NCBI GenBank assembly: GCA_902595375.1
Contig: CACJPW010000002.1
Coordinates: 13,745 to 77,744 of the forward strand
Length of the DNA: 64,000 nucleotides
Origin: an uncultured Pelagibacteraceae bacterium
Lineage (GTDB): Bacteria; Pseudomonadota; Alphaproteobacteria; Pelagibacterales; Pelagibacteraceae
Direction: 5' to 3'
Below the pieces are notes generated by a model. The model made no database searches. It was not told the DNA's origin and worked only from the letters and a program-made list of their open reading frames with translations. A program made the translations under genes and the position numbers. Shown here piece by piece: positions 9,599-20,608 of the stretch (positions within the stretch are counted from its first letter, which is position 1; every line of letters begins with the position of its first letter).

Positions 9599-10297
9599 AT
9601 GACTCAAACGATTGCTTTAGTAGATGATGATAGAAACATACTCACAAGCATAAGCATGGCCTTAGAGAGAGAAGGATTTAAAGTTCAGACTTATATTGAT
9701 GGAGAGTCAGCTTTAATAGGATTAACTAGAAATCCACCTGACCTAGCAATATTAGATATCAAAATGCCTAGGATGGATGGAGAAGAGTTACTAAAGAAAC
9801 TAAAAAAAAAAATGTCCATTCCAATAATATTTTTAACATCAAAAGATGATGAAGTTGACGAACTTCTTGGTTTGAAGTTAGGTGCTGATGACTTTGTTAA
9901 AAAATCTGGAGGTTTCTCTACAAAAGTTTTAATTGAAAGAATAAGAGTTCAATTAAGAAAAAAATCTAACACTATCGATGACACTAAAAATATAATTAGC
10001 CATGGTAAATTAAAACTAGACCCTGCTCAGTTGGAGTGCGAATGGAACGGTAGAGCCTTACCAGATAAGCTCACTACTACAGAATTTCTAATTGTTAAAG
10101 AATTAGCTAAAAGACCAGGTGTTATAAAAGAAAGAGCGCATTTAATGGATATAGCATACAAGGAAAATACAGAAATTGAGGATAGAACTATCGATAGCCA
10201 TGTAAAAAGAATAAGAAAAAAGTTTAAAAAGGTTGATGAGAAGTTTTCTGCAATTGAAACTAGATATGGAAGTGGGTATAGATGGAATGTTAGCTGA
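9599..10297 (+). CDS. chvI: ChvI OmpR-family response regulator
   Basis: IALVDDDRNILTS, DIKMPRMDG, DRTIDSHVKRIRKKF signatures; upstream of a histidine kinase. Confidence 0.92.
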   Translation: MTQTIALVDDDRNILTSISMALEREGFKVQTYIDGESALIGLTRNPPDLAILDIKMPRMDGEELLKKLKKKMSIPIIFLTSKDDEVDELLGLKLGADDFVKKSGGFSTKVLIERIRVQLRKKSNTIDDTKNIISHGKLKLDPAQLECEWNGRALPDKLTTTEFLIVKELAKRPGVIKERAHLMDIAYKENTEIEDRTIDSHVKRIRKKFKKVDEKFSAIETRYGSGYRWNVS

Positions 10298-11817
10298 TGA
10301 AACAAAAAAAATCCGCTTCTATTTTAAAGAAGTTTTTAATAATCAACCTTACAATCTTTTCTGTTTTAGGACTTTTTACAATAATATATCTTGAGGCAAT
10401 ACAACCAACTTTAGTAAAAGAAAGATCAGATAATCACAAAATAGTTATTAATAACACTAAAGATAATCTCGAAAGACTTAGTATTGAATACACTAAAGAA
10501 GGAATTAGAGATTTTTTACTTTCCACAAGATTTTTATTTCAAAGCTTAGATCGTGTTCAATTTTACGATTTATCTGGAAATCTTATTGGTGACACGAATA
10601 TTTTAGATTTGGATCAAAGTGTTTTTACAGGATCAGATATAATTTTTGAGGAGTCTTTAGGGGGTGAAATAATTACACCAAAGATTGAAGAAAGACTTGA
10701 AGAAGAGGAAATAGATAAAATTAAGGATATCATCACAAACAAATATGATGATGAAATAATGACACTAACTTCTGATGAAAAAAATAATTTTTTAGTTAGC
10801 ACGCTAAGTAAAATTAAATTTCAAAATAATAATGTCGGATACATTGTGGTGTCAGAGCAAGCGAATGATATCGCTATTGCTGTTAAAGAGAGAAAAGCGT
10901 TTATCTTAAGAACTATGATTGCTGTTGCAATTGTGATTCTAATTTTTTCTCTATTTCTAAACAAATATATTTTAAAGCCTATTGGACTTTTAGTTAAATT
11001 TAGTGACGGAATTAAGAAAAAATCTAATCAAGCAATTGACATAAATAAAGTTTTTATAAGAAATGATGAAATTGGAAAACTCACACAATCAATTGATGAG
11101 ATGACTAAAGAATTACAGCAACGAACTAATAGAGCAGAAACATTCTCGAATGATTTAGCTCACGAAATAAGAAATCCACTCGCGTCTTTAAAAAGTGCTT
11201 CAGAACTTTTAGACAAAACTTCCTCAAAGATTGAGGGAGAAAAACTTCTTAAAATAATAAATCATGATGTTGAAAGAATAGAAAGATTAATAACTGACTA
11301 TACTCAAATGTTAAAAGATGAAGCATCTTTATCTCGTGAAAAAATGAGTAAAATTAATTTAGTAGAAATTATTAGTGGTGTAGTAGAAGATTTTAACCAA
11401 GATCTAATTAATCAAAATAAAAGAATTAAGATAAATATTATTAATAAAATTAAAAGTAAAAATGGACATTTCATTTTTGGTATAAGTAATAGATTAGAAC
11501 AAGTAATTGCAAATTTATTAGATAATTCTGTCTCCTTTAGCCAAGATAATCAAAAAATTGAAATTGCTCTTGAAGAAACTTCAAGCAATTTATTAATTTT
11601 AGTGAAAGATGAGGGACCAGGTTTCACAGAAACATCACCTCAGAAGATTTTTAAACGTTTTTATAGCAACAGACCCGCGAGTTTTGGAAAACACTCCGGT
11701 TTAGGTTTAAATATTGTAAAAAATATTGTCCAATTACATAAAGGGACAATAGCAGCCTCAAATAGAATAAATACAAAAGGAGCCCAGGTTGAGGTTTTAC
11801 TTCCTAAATTGTCCTAA
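10297..11817 (+). CDS. chvG: ChvG/ExoS sensor histidine kinase
   Basis: Two TM segments, HAMP (DEIG), AHEIRNPL, RFYSNRP..FGKHSGLGL. Confidence 0.88.
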   Translation: MKQKKSASILKKFLIINLTIFSVLGLFTIIYLEAIQPTLVKERSDNHKIVINNTKDNLERLSIEYTKEGIRDFLLSTRFLFQSLDRVQFYDLSGNLIGDTNILDLDQSVFTGSDIIFEESLGGEIITPKIEERLEEEEIDKIKDIITNKYDDEIMTLTSDEKNNFLVSTLSKIKFQNNNVGYIVVSEQANDIAIAVKERKAFILRTMIAVAIVILIFSLFLNKYILKPIGLLVKFSDGIKKKSNQAIDINKVFIRNDEIGKLTQSIDEMTKELQQRTNRAETFSNDLAHEIRNPLASLKSASELLDKTSSKIEGEKLLKIINHDVERIERLITDYTQMLKDEASLSREKMSKINLVEIISGVVEDFNQDLINQNKRIKINIINKIKSKNGHFIFGISNRLEQVIANLLDNSVSFSQDNQKIEIALEETSSNLLILVKDEGPGFTETSPQKIFKRFYSNRPASFGKHSGLGLNIVKNIVQLHKGTIAASNRINTKGAQVEVLLPKLS

Positions 11818-11826
11818 CATTATTTC

Positions 11827-11855
11827 TTGCTAAGGTTTATTTATGTTGATAATAA
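11827..11855 (+). promoter_or_regulatory. Putative sigma70 promoter for ahcY (TTGCTA-N17-TAATAA)
   Basis: Spacing read directly; -10 element ends 10 nt before the ATG. Confidence 0.45.
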
Positions 11856-11865
11856 CATCTTCAAT

Positions 11866-13155
11866 ATGGCTCAGGATTATAAAGTAAAAGATATCAATCA
11901 AGCAGCTTTTGGAAGAAAAGAAATTTCTTTAGCAGAAACGGAAATGCCAGGACTTATAGCTCTTCGAAAAGAGTACAAAGGAAAAAAACCTTTAAAGGGT
12001 GCAAAAATTCTAGGCTGTCTTCATATGACAATACAAACAGCAGTTTTAATTGAAACTCTAGTTGAATTGGGAGCAGAAGTTAGATGGTCTTCATGTAATA
12101 TTTTTTCAACACAAGATCATGCAGCAGCTGCAATAGCCAAAGCGGGTATTCCTGTCTTTGCTTGGAAAGGCGAGACGGAAAAAGAATACTGGTGGTGCGT
12201 TAAGCAAACTATTGAAGGAAAAAAAGACTGGAAGCCAAATATGATTTTAGACGATGGTGGTGACCTTACAGCTCTAATGCACAAAGAATATAAAAATTTA
12301 TTAAAAGATGTTAAAGGTGTTTCAGAAGAAACTACAACAGGTGTTTTAGCACTTAAAAAGATGGAAATTAATAAAGAGCTACTAATACCTGCTATAAATG
12401 TAAACGACTCCGTAACAAAATCTAAATTTGATAACCTCTATGGATGTAGAGAAAGTTTAGTAGACGGAATTAAAAGAGCAACCGATGTAATGATGTCAGG
12501 TAAAGTTGCTATTGTTGCTGGATTTGGTGATGTTGGCAAAGGAAGTGCTGCTTCTTTACGTCAAGCAGGTGCAAGAGTTATGGTAACCGAGACAGACCCG
12601 ATATGCGCGTTACAAGCTGCTATGGAAGGTTACGAAGTTGTCATTATGGATGAAGCTATCAAAGACGCTGATATAGTTGTAACTGCAACAGGAAACAAAG
12701 ATATAGTTACAGCTGATCATATGAGAGACATGAAAGACAGGGCGATACTTTGCAATATCGGTCACTTTGATAATGAAATTCAAGTTGAGGCATTAAAAAA
12801 TTACAAATGGGATGAGATAAAACCCCAAGTACATGAAATAGAATTACCTAGTAAAAAAAGAATAATTCTTTTAGCAGAAGGAAGACTGGTTAACTTAGGA
12901 TGTGCTACAGGGCACCCTAGTTTTGTTATGAGTGCTTCATTTACTAATCAAGTAATAGCCCAAATTGAATTATGGAATAACTCAGATAAGTATGAGAAGA
13001 AAGTTTATGTGCTTCCAAAACATCTTGATGAAAAAGTTGCAATGCTTCATTTAGAAAAAGTAGGTGCTAAATTAACTAAAATGTCAAAAGAACAAGCCGA
13101 TTATATTAGCGTTAAATCATCAGGACCATTTAAACCAGATACTTACCGCTACTAA
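11866..13155 (+). CDS. ahcY: Adenosylhomocysteinase
   Basis: [43 protein letters not shown]; start moved to ATG 11866 (MAQDYKV). Confidence 0.97.
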   Translation: MAQDYKVKDINQAAFGRKEISLAETEMPGLIALRKEYKGKKPLKGAKILGCLHMTIQTAVLIETLVELGAEVRWSSCNIFSTQDHAAAAIAKAGIPVFAWKGETEKEYWWCVKQTIEGKKDWKPNMILDDGGDLTALMHKEYKNLLKDVKGVSEETTTGVLALKKMEINKELLIPAINVNDSVTKSKFDNLYGCRESLVDGIKRATDVMMSGKVAIVAGFGDVGKGSAASLRQAGARVMVTETDPICALQAAMEGYEVVIMDEAIKDADIVVTATGNKDIVTADHMRDMKDRAILCNIGHFDNEIQVEALKNYKWDEIKPQVHEIELPSKKRIILLAEGRLVNLGCATGHPSFVMSASFTNQVIAQIELWNNSDKYEKKVYVLPKHLDEKVAMLHLEKVGAKLTKMSKEQADYISVKSSGPFKPDTYRY

Positions 13156-13166
13156 AACAGTGGCTA

Positions 13167-13616
13167 ATGATTGTAAAATCTTTAGAACATCTAAACTCCT
13201 TATCACAAAAAATTGCAGACAAGCTAGCTAAAAACGATTGTATTTTTTTAATCGGTGAAATCGGCGTAGGAAAAACTACTTTTACAAGATATTTGATAAA
13301 TTATTTGCAAGAAAAAAAAGGAGAAAAGATTACCGAAGTACTTAGCCCTACCTTTAATTTGCTTTACGAGTATGATTTAAAGAGTTTTAAGATTATGCAT
13401 TATGATCTTTATAGAATAAGAGATAAAAAAGAATTGAAGCATTTAGGAATATTTTTAGATAAGCAAGATAGTATTAAGATTATTGAATGGCCACAACTAA
13501 TTAATATTCCTTTATCTGATAAGTTAGAAATACACATAGATTATGCTAAAAATGAAAAAGAGAGAGAGATAAAATTTGCAGGCACAGGTAAATGGAAAAT
13601 TTTAAATGAATTATAA
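13167..13616 (+). CDS. tsaE: t6A biosynthesis ATPase TsaE
   Basis: GEIGVGKT, SPTF, HYDLYR, IIEWP motifs. Confidence 0.93.
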   Translation: MIVKSLEHLNSLSQKIADKLAKNDCIFLIGEIGVGKTTFTRYLINYLQEKKGEKITEVLSPTFNLLYEYDLKSFKIMHYDLYRIRDKKELKHLGIFLDKQDSIKIIEWPQLINIPLSDKLEIHIDYAKNEKEREIKFAGTGKWKILNEL

Positions 13617-14568
13617 ACTTAAAAAAATTTCAGGGGACGCGTCATTTAGAGAATTTTATAGATTACAAAAGGGAAGGAATACATCAATTATAGTTTTAGC
13701 TAAAAAAGAAAAATTTAAAAATTTAATTACCTATATTGTCGTAAACAAAATTTTAGCAAAATATAGGATATATGCACCTAAGTTAATTACTAATCACTAT
13801 GAGCACAATATTATTGAGATTACTGATCTGGGGCAAAAGTCTTTTTATAATTCAATAATAAAAAAAAAGAATAAATTTAATGATTACAAAGATCTAATTA
13901 AGATTATTATAAAACTACAAAATATAAAGTTGCAACGAAATTACCGTGTAGGAAAATTCAAAATTAATTTTCAAAATTATTCAATTAAGAATCTTCATAA
14001 AGAATCTGATTTATTTTTTGATTGGTATTTAAAGTATTGTTACAAAAGTTCAAAACTAAAAAAAATTAAAGATATTTTTAAAAATGAATTAACAAGGATA
14101 TATAAAAAACTTTATTTTCAAAATAATACTTTTGTACATAGAGATTTTCATGCATCAAATATAATTGTAAATAAAAATAAACTTGGTTTGATTGATAGTC
14201 AGGATGCGATAATTGGAAATCCATTATATGATATAGCTTCATTAATTGATGATGTAAGAATAAAACTACCTTCAAATTTGCAAGAAAAATTATTAAATTT
14301 TTATTATTGTAAATCTAAATTAAAAAAAGAGAAATACAAAAATTTAAAAAATGATTTTGAAATATTATCTGTACAAAGAAATTTAAAAATTCTAGGAATA
14401 TTTGTAAGACTTTTTAAAAGAGATGGTAAACCTAATTATCTAAAATACTTACCTTATACTTGGAATTTAATTGAGAGACGTCTTAAAAACCCTGTTTTCA
14501 AGAACTTAAACGTATTATTTAAAAAATATCTAAAAATTAAAAAACTAAAAACAATAAATACTTTATGA
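13606..14568 (+). CDS. amgK: MurNAc/GlcNAc anomeric kinase AmgK-like phosphotransferase
   Basis: GDASFREFYR, HRDFH, IDSQDA, QRNLKILGIF..L..RDGK; conserved position after tsaE. Confidence 0.82.
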   Translation: MNYKLKKISGDASFREFYRLQKGRNTSIIVLAKKEKFKNLITYIVVNKILAKYRIYAPKLITNHYEHNIIEITDLGQKSFYNSIIKKKNKFNDYKDLIKIIIKLQNIKLQRNYRVGKFKINFQNYSIKNLHKESDLFFDWYLKYCYKSSKLKKIKDIFKNELTRIYKKLYFQNNTFVHRDFHASNIIVNKNKLGLIDSQDAIIGNPLYDIASLIDDVRIKLPSNLQEKLLNFYYCKSKLKKEKYKNLKNDFEILSVQRNLKILGIFVRLFKRDGKPNYLKYLPYTWNLIERRLKNPVFKNLNVLFKKYLKIKKLKTINTL

Positions 14569-15263
14569 AAATAAAACACGGGATGATATTGACCGCTGGT
14601 TTAGGAAAAAGAATGCAACCTCTTACTAATAAAAAACCAAAACCATTATTAGAAATAGGAGGCATCACTCTTCTTGAGAGAGCAATTAATCTTTTAATCA
14701 AACACGGTGTAGAGGAGATAGTTGTTAATATTCATCATCTAGCTAATCAAATAGAAAAATTTATCTCAGATTTTAAATCAGAGGTTAAAATTAAAATTTC
14801 AGATGAGAAAGATTTACTATTAGATACTGGTGGTGGAGTGAAAAAGGGAACAAAAGAATTTAAGGATAATCCCTTTTTTGTAATTAATCCAGATACGCTT
14901 TGGAGTAATAAATATTATGAAGAAGTAAAATCTTTAGAAAGAGAGTATTTCAAAAATAAAAAACCATGTTTATTACTGGTTAAAAAAGAATTATCTTTGG
15001 ATAATTCTTTCAAGGGTGACTTTAATTTAAACAATAATTTAATTTCTAAAGATGAACAGAACCAATTTATTTTTACTGGTCTACAAATCATGAAAAATAA
15101 TCATTTAGCCTTTTTTAATAAAAATATTTTTTCAATGAATGAAGTTTGGACAAAATTAATAAGTGAAAACAATCTTGTTGGATTGGAAAGTAATCAAAAA
15201 TTTTACCATTTAAATAATATAGAAATATTTGAAAAAATATCTTCTTTAAGTTCTATTGATTAA
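14565..15263 (+). CDS. murU: MurNAc-1-phosphate uridylyltransferase MurU-like nucleotidyltransferase
   Basis: AGLGKRMQPLT..KPKPL and LDTGGG motifs; coupled to amgK. Confidence 0.8.
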   Translation: MKIKHGMILTAGLGKRMQPLTNKKPKPLLEIGGITLLERAINLLIKHGVEEIVVNIHHLANQIEKFISDFKSEVKIKISDEKDLLLDTGGGVKKGTKEFKDNPFFVINPDTLWSNKYYEEVKSLEREYFKNKKPCLLLVKKELSLDNSFKGDFNLNNNLISKDEQNQFIFTGLQIMKNNHLAFFNKNIFSMNEVWTKLISENNLVGLESNQKFYHLNNIEIFEKISSLSSID

Positions 15264-15972
15264 AAATTATATTTTTTGCTCTAGAATCATCTAGATAATA
15301 ATATTTTTGAATTTTTAAAAGATTATCAAATTCGATTATTAGTGGATTTCCTGTTGGAATCTCTAGTTCATTTATCTTTGTATCTGAAATTTTAAAGAGA
15401 TATTTACATAATGCTCTTAGTGAATTTCCATGGGCTGATATTAAAATATTTTTTCCATTTTTCAAATTCTTATTTATTTCAATATCATAAAAAGGGACCA
15501 CTCTTTCGTAAGTACTTTTTAAAGACTCGGTTAAAGGAATTTTATTTTGAGGAATTCCACCGTTTAACGGACTAAAATTTTCATGGTATTTACTATTTTT
15601 AGCCATAGGAGGAGGTGATATATCCCAAGATCTTCTGTATTTTTTAAATTGTTTTTCACCAATTTTTTTTTTGGTTTCTTCTTTGTTTAGACCTGTCAAA
15701 GATCCATAGTGTCTTTCATTTAATTCCCAAGCAGTATTAAACTTCATGGATAAATTTAATGTTTTTAAGATAATTGTGAGCGTTTCAATAGCTCTTTTAA
15801 GATAAGAGGTATAACTAATGTCTACTTTAATACTCAATTCACTTATTAACTCACCTGACTTTTTAGCTTCTTCCTTACCTTTCTCTGAAAGATCAACATC
15901 TACCCAGCCTGTAAATCTATTTTCAGCATTCCAGATACTCTGACCATGCCTTGTTAAGATAAGTTTACTCAT
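15253..15972 (-). CDS. gpmA: 2,3-bisphosphoglycerate-dependent phosphoglycerate mutase
   Basis: RHGQSIWN, LNERHYG, AHGNSLRAL, IPTG motifs. Confidence 0.95.
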   Translation of the reverse strand: MSKLILTRHGQSIWNAENRFTGWVDVDLSEKGKEEAKKSGELISELSIKVDISYTSYLKRAIETLTIILKTLNLSMKFNTAWELNERHYGSLTGLNKEETKKKIGEKQFKKYRRSWDISPPPMAKNSKYHENFSPLNGGIPQNKIPLTESLKSTYERVVPFYDIEINKNLKNGKNILISAHGNSLRALCKYLFKISDTKINELEIPTGNPLIIEFDNLLKIQKYYYLDDSRAKNIIFNQ

Positions 15973-16012
15973 ATAAATTAATTAAGTTATTATGTACTAT
16001 ATAAAAACCTAA

Positions 16013-16405
16013 ATGAAAAATACTATCTTCTCTACTTTAAAATATTTATTCTATATTTCATTTATAATTCTATTAATTCTTTATTTGTTTCCAGGAAGTT
16101 TAATTGGTTACTTTTTATACGGTAATCTAGGAAAACAACCTGATTTTATTTCAAATCCTATAGGTACTTCTATTAATCATTTAGTCTTTTTTTTCTATTT
16201 AAGTATTCTAGGTTTTATATTTCGAAGTAATCAAAAAAAATTTATAAATAGCTTTTCTTTTTTATTTTCAATTTCAATTATTCTTGAATTATTACATTAT
16301 TTTATTCCTAATAGAGCATTTGAACTTGACGACTTATATGCAAATAGCTTGGGAGTGTTATTGGCTTATTTTATATTAAAACTTTTTAGTAAAACTAGGA
16401 ACTAA
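16013..16405 (+). CDS. VanZ-family membrane protein
   Basis: Four hydrophobic segments; H..FF, E..H.FIPNR...DD..AN..G pattern. Confidence 0.7.
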   Translation: MKNTIFSTLKYLFYISFIILLILYLFPGSLIGYFLYGNLGKQPDFISNPIGTSINHLVFFFYLSILGFIFRSNQKKFINSFSFLFSISIILELLHYFIPNRAFELDDLYANSLGVLLAYFILKLFSKTRN

Positions 16406-16903
16406 ATGCCATTACGTGCTGTAATTTTATTTTTGATTTTTTTCTCTAATACAATAGCAGCAGAAATATCTGGTGTCCCAAAAATTGTAGATGGAGATAC
16501 AGTTCATATAAATAATAATAAATTTAGACTAGAAGGTATAGATGCTCCAGAAATAAGACAACAATGTAAAAAAGAGTCTTTAAAAATTTCATATATAATT
16601 GGCTTCACATTTTACAAAGATTATAGCTGCGGGAAAGTTTCAAAAGAAAAGTTAATAAGCAAAATTAGCGGATCAAAAATAAAATGTATATTTACAACTA
16701 AAGACAGATACAAAAGATATATTGCTACATGTTATAAGGAAAAAACAAACTTAAACCAGTGGATGGTAAGAAATGGATATGCAATAGCATATAGAAAATA
16801 TTCAAAAAAATATGTGCCAGATGAAGAATTTGCGAAAGAAAATAAATTAGGATTATGGCAAGGGAAGTTTATGAAACCAGAAAAATGGAGAAAGCTTAAC
16901 TAA
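16406..16903 (+). CDS. Secreted thermonuclease (SNase family)
   Basis: Signal peptide; VDGDT, RLEGIDAPE, DRYKR, GLW motifs. Confidence 0.9.
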   Translation: MPLRAVILFLIFFSNTIAAEISGVPKIVDGDTVHINNNKFRLEGIDAPEIRQQCKKESLKISYIIGFTFYKDYSCGKVSKEKLISKISGSKIKCIFTTKDRYKRYIATCYKEKTNLNQWMVRNGYAIAYRKYSKKYVPDEEFAKENKLGLWQGKFMKPEKWRKLN

Positions 16904-16923
16904 TTTTTAGTATAAATTACTAA

Positions 16924-17523
16924 GTGATTCTTTTTAAAAAAATAATATTTGTTTTAATTTTTTTTATATTAGGTGCATGCTCGTCAATTCCGAAAAATAC
17001 TCAAAATAGTTGTGCTATCTTTGAAGAGAGATATTTATGGTACAAACATTCCAAGGCTTCCTATGAAAAATGGGGAGCACCTATTCATTTACAACTAGCT
17101 TTTGTAAAAAAAGAAAGTGACTTTAATTGGCTTGCAAAACCTCCAAGAACCAAATTATTTAAAGTAATACCATTTAAAAGACCTTCATCTTCATTTGGAT
17201 ATTCTCAAGCTGTGAAAGGAACCTGGGAGCAATATAAAAGGGAAACAAATAATCCTCTAGCTACAAGAGCAAGATTCAAAGACTCAGTAGATTTTATAGG
17301 GTGGTATATTCACAAAACAAATAAGATATTAAAAATTTCAAAAAAAGATCCTTATCGACAGTATCTAGCCTATTATAAGGGTTGGGGAAATTATAAAAAT
17401 TACTCAAAAGATAAAAAAGCTATAATATATGCAAATTCAGTGAAGGACATGGCAAGCAAATATAGAAAACAACTAACGCTCTGTAAAAAAAATCTAGATA
17501 AAAATAAATATATTATTTTTTAA
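16924..17523 (+). CDS. Lipoprotein with transglycosylase SLT-like domain
   Basis: Lipobox LGAC; KESDF, SSFGYSQA and YLAY motifs. Confidence 0.7.
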   Translation: MILFKKIIFVLIFFILGACSSIPKNTQNSCAIFEERYLWYKHSKASYEKWGAPIHLQLAFVKKESDFNWLAKPPRTKLFKVIPFKRPSSSFGYSQAVKGTWEQYKRETNNPLATRARFKDSVDFIGWYIHKTNKILKISKKDPYRQYLAYYKGWGNYKNYSKDKKAIIYANSVKDMASKYRKQLTLCKKNLDKNKYIIF

Positions 17524-20500
17524 GCTGCTTCTGTAACTCAATTTCAACAGCATCAATCCTCTTGGTTCCTCTTCCAACAATTGTATAAACAGTAGGGATT
17601 ACGTAAAGAGTAAAAAATGTTGAGAATAACATTCCACCAAATATTGTTATACCAATTGTTAATCGACTTGCGGCACCAGGTCCAGTTCCAAGAATAAGGG
17701 GTAAAACTCCAATAATTGTTGAGATACTTGTCATGAGAATAGGTCTTAGCCTAATTGCGGCAGCTTCAAATACAGCTACTTCTAAATTTTTTCCTTCCTT
17801 TCTTAACTGATTTGCAAATTCTACAATTAGGATACCGTTTTTAGCTGAGAGACCGATCAAAATGATTAACGCTATCTGACTATAAACATTCAATGAAGAA
17901 CCAACTACTAGTAAACCAATTAATCCACCAAGAATGGCCATTGGCACAGTTAACATAATTGTCAGTGGATGCCTCCAGCTTTCAAATTGAGCACTCATAG
18001 CAAGGTATGCAGTGATTAGTGCTAAAGCAAATATTACATAAAGTTCAGTGTTAGTTTTTTTATACTCTTCACTTTCACCTTTATAAGCAATTTTTGCTTG
18101 AGGTGTGTTTTGTTCCACAACACCTACTAAAAACTTTAGAGCCTCATCAAGCGAATAATCTCCTACAAGTCTTGCCGAGATAGTAACTGCTTTTTGTCTA
18201 TTGTATCTTGCTAAGAATGGAGATTGTCCTTCTTCATCGTATGCAACTAAATTTGATACAGATACAAGCTTTCCATTGTTTTTAGATCTTACAAAAACTT
18301 TACTTATACTATCTGGCTCTTGTCTATCTTTGATATCACCTTGCAAGATTATAGAATATTCTTTTCCATCTCTTGTAAAATTTGTAACCCTTTTAGAACC
18401 AAAAATTGTTTCTATAGTTTTTCCAATATCTTCTGTCGAAACTCCTAAATCAGCAGCTTTTTTTTGATCTATCTTTACATTTAATTGAGGTTTGTTCAGA
18501 TCAAAGTCATCCTGAATAGAAGTAAGACCAGGATTTTTTCTTGCCTCTTTTTTAATTATCTCTTTCCACTCAATTAATTGCTCATATGTATTACCTAAAA
18601 CAACAAATTGTACTGGACTTTCTATTCCGCCAGTCCTTATTCCCTGAGGCATTATTGGAAAAGCTAAAACTCCTGGTACTCTCGCAATTTTTCCAAAAGA
18701 CTCTCTCATTATTTCAACTCCATGACGATCTCTTTTAGCCCAAGGCTCTAAAAGTACAATTATAAAACCACTATTTACTTGTTTAGAGGACTTTCCAAAA
18801 CCTGGAACTCGCATGATTAATTTTCTATATTCACCTTTGCCTACATTTGGAAGCAACAATTCCTCAATTTCCTCTGCTCTATCTTTAGTAAAATTAAAAC
18901 CAGATCCTTGTGGGGCTTTTACAATTACAAAAAATGCCCCCCTATCTTCAGGGGCAATTAATTCTTTCTTAGCAAAATTAAAAAAGAATATTGTTAATAC
19001 AAGTGTTCCTAATAAAAAAATAGTAATTGTTTTTCTTTTCTTTATCCAGTTTAATAGTGAAATTTTATATAGATGCGTAAGATCTTTTAAAAACTTCTCA
19101 AATTTTAAAACAATTTTAGATTTTTGCATATTTTTTTGCAAAAATTTACTAGCTAACATTGGACTTAATGATAAAGCAACAAAGCTAGAAATAATCACAG
19201 CCGATGCAAGAGTAATTGCCGTTTGAGTAAAAAGAACTCCTGTAATTCCTTTTATAAAAATTAGTGGAACAAACACAGCTACCAACACAACAGTTGTAGC
19301 TATTATTGCAAATGATACCTGCTTAGATCCTTTGTAAGCTGCAACTAAAGGTGTATCTCCTAACTCAATTCTTCTCACTATATTTTCAAGCATCACAATG
19401 GCATCATCAACTACAATACCAATTGCTAATACTAAGGCCATCAAAGTAAAAAGGTTAATTGAAAAATCAAAAAAATAAATTGATAAAAAAGTTGAGATTA
19501 ATGAAACAGGTAAAGCTATTAAAGGGACAACCAAAGCTCTAAGATTGCCTAGAAATAGATAAATAATAATAGTCACCAATATTAATGCAATGATGAGTGT
19601 TTTATAAACTTCTTTAATAGCAGATTTTATATAATTACTTCTATCAAACGAAACTTCTAAGGTAGTGCCTGGTGGTAAACCAGGTTTTAGTTCTTTAATC
19701 TTTTTTTTGATCCCATTAGCTACAGCGATAGTGTTCGCATCTGACTGTTGATATATCCCTATACCAACAACTTGCTTTCCGTTACCTTTAAAGAGAGTTC
19801 TTGTTGACTCAGCTCCCAATTCGACTCTTGAAATATCTGACAAAGTTATGATTGAACCGTCTTTAGCTCTTTTTAGAGGAAGATTTTTATAATTCTCAAC
19901 TTCTTTATAAGCCTTATCCAGTTTTATAGTCAGATCGATATCTCTTGATTCAATTCGCCCAGCTGGGAATTCTGTATTTTCACTTCTTAGGACTGCTTCT
20001 ACATCTTGAGTGGTTAGATCTCTTGCAGCTAAAGCGATTGGATCTAGCCAAACTCTGAGTGAAAGTTCTCTTTGACCACCAAGACGAACTCTTCCCACGC
20101 CATCAACAGTCGAAAAAGTATCAGTTAAATATCTATCAGCATAATCAGTCAACTCTAGATCAGTCATTGTTTCAGAATTGAAAGATAACCACATAGTAGT
20201 CCTCATCCCTGCACTTTGTTTGAAAATTTCAGGCTGTTCTGCTCCCTCCGGTAAATTATCTAAAACTCTTGATACTGAACTCCTAACATCGTTAGCAACA
20301 TCATCTAAATCTAGATTAGTTTCAAAAGTGAGTGTAATTCTTGAGCTTTCATCCTCACTAAAAGAGTCAATCGTTTCCAAACCTGGTGTTCCCCCAACAA
20401 AATCTTCAATTTTTTGAGTTATTTGAGTGTCAACGATTTCTGCGGAGGCACCTCTATAATCAGTTTGAATAGTTACAACAGGAGGCTGGACATCTGGAAG

Positions 20501-20608
20501 TTCGTCAGTGGGAATTTCTTGAAAAGTAACAAGACCAAATATCACTAGCACTAAACTCATTACTGATGCTACTACAGGTCTTTTTATAGATAAGTCTGTT
20601 AAAAACAT
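17513..20608 (-). CDS. RND efflux permease (AcrB/AcrD/AcrF family)
   Basis: 1031 aa; intact proton-relay motifs GIVVDDAIV, AKNGILIVEF, RLRPILMT. Confidence 0.95.
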   Translation of the reverse strand: MFLTDLSIKRPVVASVMSLVLVIFGLVTFQEIPTDELPDVQPPVVTIQTDYRGASAEIVDTQITQKIEDFVGGTPGLETIDSFSEDESSRITLTFETNLDLDDVANDVRSSVSRVLDNLPEGAEQPEIFKQSAGMRTTMWLSFNSETMTDLELTDYADRYLTDTFSTVDGVGRVRLGGQRELSLRVWLDPIALAARDLTTQDVEAVLRSENTEFPAGRIESRDIDLTIKLDKAYKEVENYKNLPLKRAKDGSIITLSDISRVELGAESTRTLFKGNGKQVVGIGIYQQSDANTIAVANGIKKKIKELKPGLPPGTTLEVSFDRSNYIKSAIKEVYKTLIIALILVTIIIYLFLGNLRALVVPLIALPVSLISTFLSIYFFDFSINLFTLMALVLAIGIVVDDAIVMLENIVRRIELGDTPLVAAYKGSKQVSFAIIATTVVLVAVFVPLIFIKGITGVLFTQTAITLASAVIISSFVALSLSPMLASKFLQKNMQKSKIVLKFEKFLKDLTHLYKISLLNWIKKRKTITIFLLGTLVLTIFFFNFAKKELIAPEDRGAFFVIVKAPQGSGFNFTKDRAEEIEELLLPNVGKGEYRKLIMRVPGFGKSSKQVNSGFIIVLLEPWAKRDRHGVEIMRESFGKIARVPGVLAFPIMPQGIRTGGIESPVQFVVLGNTYEQLIEWKEIIKKEARKNPGLTSIQDDFDLNKPQLNVKIDQKKAADLGVSTEDIGKTIETIFGSKRVTNFTRDGKEYSIILQGDIKDRQEPDSISKVFVRSKNNGKLVSVSNLVAYDEEGQSPFLARYNRQKAVTISARLVGDYSLDEALKFLVGVVEQNTPQAKIAYKGESEEYKKTNTELYVIFALALITAYLAMSAQFESWRHPLTIMLTVPMAILGGLIGLLVVGSSLNVYSQIALIILIGLSAKNGILIVEFANQLRKEGKNLEVAVFEAAAIRLRPILMTSISTIIGVLPLILGTGPGAASRLTIGITIFGGMLFSTFFTLYVIPTVYTIVGRGTKRIDAVEIELQKQLKK

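Noticed and set aside
11818-11865. SAH/SAM riboswitch upstream of ahcY
   Set aside because: Only 48 AT-rich bp, largely taken up by a promoter; no aptamer structure.
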